DNA from: an uncultured Pseudobdellovibrionaceae bacterium
GTDB taxonomy: Bacteria; Bdellovibrionota; Bdellovibrionia; Bdellovibrionales; UBA1609
NCBI GenBank assembly: GCA_964628445.1
Contig: CAZVOP010000004.1
Location: 9,635-73,634 of the forward strand
Length of the DNA stretch: 64,000 nt
Direction: 5' to 3'
This document shows positions 62,835 to 64,000 of the stretch, piece after piece. The stretch's first letter is position 1. The number at the start of each line of letters is the position of its first letter. A model generated the notes under the pieces. That model did no database searches and had not been told where the DNA came from. It saw only the letters and a list, made by a program, of their open reading frames with translations. Both the position numbers and the translations under genes were made by a program.

Positions 62835-64000
62835 ATGAAGTCACTGTTCATGTTTGCTTTAGCCGGACTGTTCTCGTTGAACGTTTTCGCGGATGATGCG
62901 AATTTGGTCGCCACTTTTAAGAAGATTAACACCATCCGAAAAGGCGGATTCGGCTTCAATTTCCTGCAAGGAGTGAACGGACGTAGTCCGGTGGGCGGGG
63001 CGGGTGCCAACGGTTGTTACAAATTGGGCCAAGGCGGATCCGGGCTATTTCAAGCCGCTTATCGCAATGAAACCGCGCAGGACTTGGTGAGCAAAGAAGA
63101 TTTTTATGTCGCCAACCTCTTCACCACCAACTACTACAACTTGCTTGGTGAATACGTTTACGGCGATCCTTGCGGTAATCATGGCATGGATCATCAAGCA
63201 TTGCTGAATCAAAGCGTGAGTGCCATGCCCAAAGCCATGACGATGGTGCGACATACGGTTCTTGAGCGCTATTACATGGAAACCTATCCTAATTCGGCTC
63301 TGGCGACCTCGCGCCGGATCCGCGGAGTCGCCGATTCGGCGGACGAAACCAAATTCGCGCGTTATTACTTTAATTTTCTATTGAGCGGAATGACTCAAGA
63401 CATTCAATTTTTGCCGATGAGTTTATTGGCCAAGAAAAGCCCTCTCATTGAATCGGGCGTCCTGCAAAAAGCGCGCGACGGGATCGCCAATCTGTATACG
63501 GCCCGTGGCGGCGGCGACGGGTATTCGGGGCCTGGATATTTGGGCGACCTCTATAAGCTTCGCAACACCATTCACAATACCCTTTCGAAAGACACGATCG
63601 CCGAGATCGAGCGTTTCAAGCGTGCTTATCCGGAAGACGCGGCCGAGCTGAGCGTGATTCAAGGTTATTTGCGCGAATACTATGCGACCAGCGCGCGCAA
63701 AGTGTGGGAAATCGCCAAAGCGGCGGGCGCCGCGGATGTGCAGAAAGCCGCCCAACCTCTGATGAAGGGCCAAGTTAATGCTCGCGACTTGCTGGCTTTG
63801 TCGGTGGCATTGGCTCATGTTCGCGCCTCGATAAACGATTCGGCGGCTTTTCCTTGGGAGAAAAAAACCGATGCTTTGCTGTTGGTCACGATCGGCGCGC
63901 AATATTTGAGCAAGGAAGTCAACGTGATGCGATTGATCGACTCGACCGATGCGATCAAGGTGCTGCTGAATGCGATCTATCTTGAAGGATTTTTGATCAA
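62835..64000 (+). CDS. Secreted hypothetical protein (partial; runs off the window end)
   Basis: Absent from the ORF track because there is no stop in the window. ATG 62835 lies one nt after the upstream TAA. Manual translation is open to 64000 and begins MKSLFMFALAGLFSLNVFADDANLVATFKK... with a signal peptide. Confidence 0.65.
   Translation, partial: MKSLFMFALAGLFSLNVFADDANLVATFKKINTIRKGGFGFNFLQGVNGRSPVGGAGANGCYKLGQGGSGLFQAAYRNETAQDLVSKEDFYVANLFTTNYYNLLGEYVYGDPCGNHGMDHQALLNQSVSAMPKAMTMVRHTVLERYYMETYPNSALATSRRIRGVADSADETKFARYYFNFLLSGMTQDIQFLPMSLLAKKSPLIESGVLQKARDGIANLYTARGGGDGYSGPGYLGDLYKLRNTIHNTLSKDTIAEIERFKRAYPEDAAELSVIQGYLREYYATSARKVWEIAKAAGAADVQKAAQPLMKGQVNARDLLALSVALAHVRASINDSAAFPWEKKTDALLLVTIGAQYLSKEVNVMRLIDSTDAIKVLLNAIYLEGFLI

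Noticed and set aside
1-64000. A search for rRNA, tRNA, CRISPR arrays, IS elements or transposases, integrases and prophage blocks.
   Set aside because: I noticed no T-loop-like GGTTCGAATCC-type sequences outside coding regions, no regularly spaced repeats, no transposase or integrase-like translations and no inverted terminal repeats. The largest gaps (371, 230 and 196 nt) are too small for most such elements.

Overview
This is a gene-dense 64-kb chromosomal segment with about 60 CDS on both strands. I saw no rRNA, tRNA, CRISPR array, transposase or prophage block. TonB, a TonB-dependent receptor, an OMF/RND pump and many lipoboxes indicate a diderm bacterium. Gene content loosely recalls Bdellovibrionota-type genomes, but that is only a guess.

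Layout:
- 1-17.0 kb: a surface-glycan island. It has several GT2 enzymes, GT-A and GT-B transferases, two polytopic GT-C-like proteins, a redox/epimerase trio, and a CDP-3,6-dideoxyhexose module (ddhA, ddhB, ddhC plus an AscE/AscF-like pair).
- 17.0-29.9 kb: acyl-CoA dehydrogenase, a stand-alone B12-binding domain, a methyltransferase, a SAMHD1-like HD protein, a transglutaminase-like lipoprotein, an M50 protease, scpA/scpB with long acidic tails, an FAD protein and psd.
- 29.9-36.5 kb: an iron-type module. It consists of an orphan FbpA-like binding protein followed by a tightly coupled TonB / imelysin-like / HTTM / TonB-dependent receptor operon. Both units are preceded by the same 23-nt motif.
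- 36.5-52.5 kb: two flavin amine oxidases, a solitary HNH nuclease, ferredoxin, prfC, udk, a candidate sigma-54-driven small secreted protein, rimB-rimK plus a class IV aminotransferase, hppA, trhO and a ferritin-like protein.
- 52.5-64 kb: TetR-OMF-RND with no adaptor gene, msrA, an apparently exported Ppx/GppA-like protein with YheU, a methyltransferase, and two secreted proteins of unknown function, one with a YkuD-like SHGC motif.

All calls come from reading the supplied translations and DNA against remembered family motifs. No database search was run.
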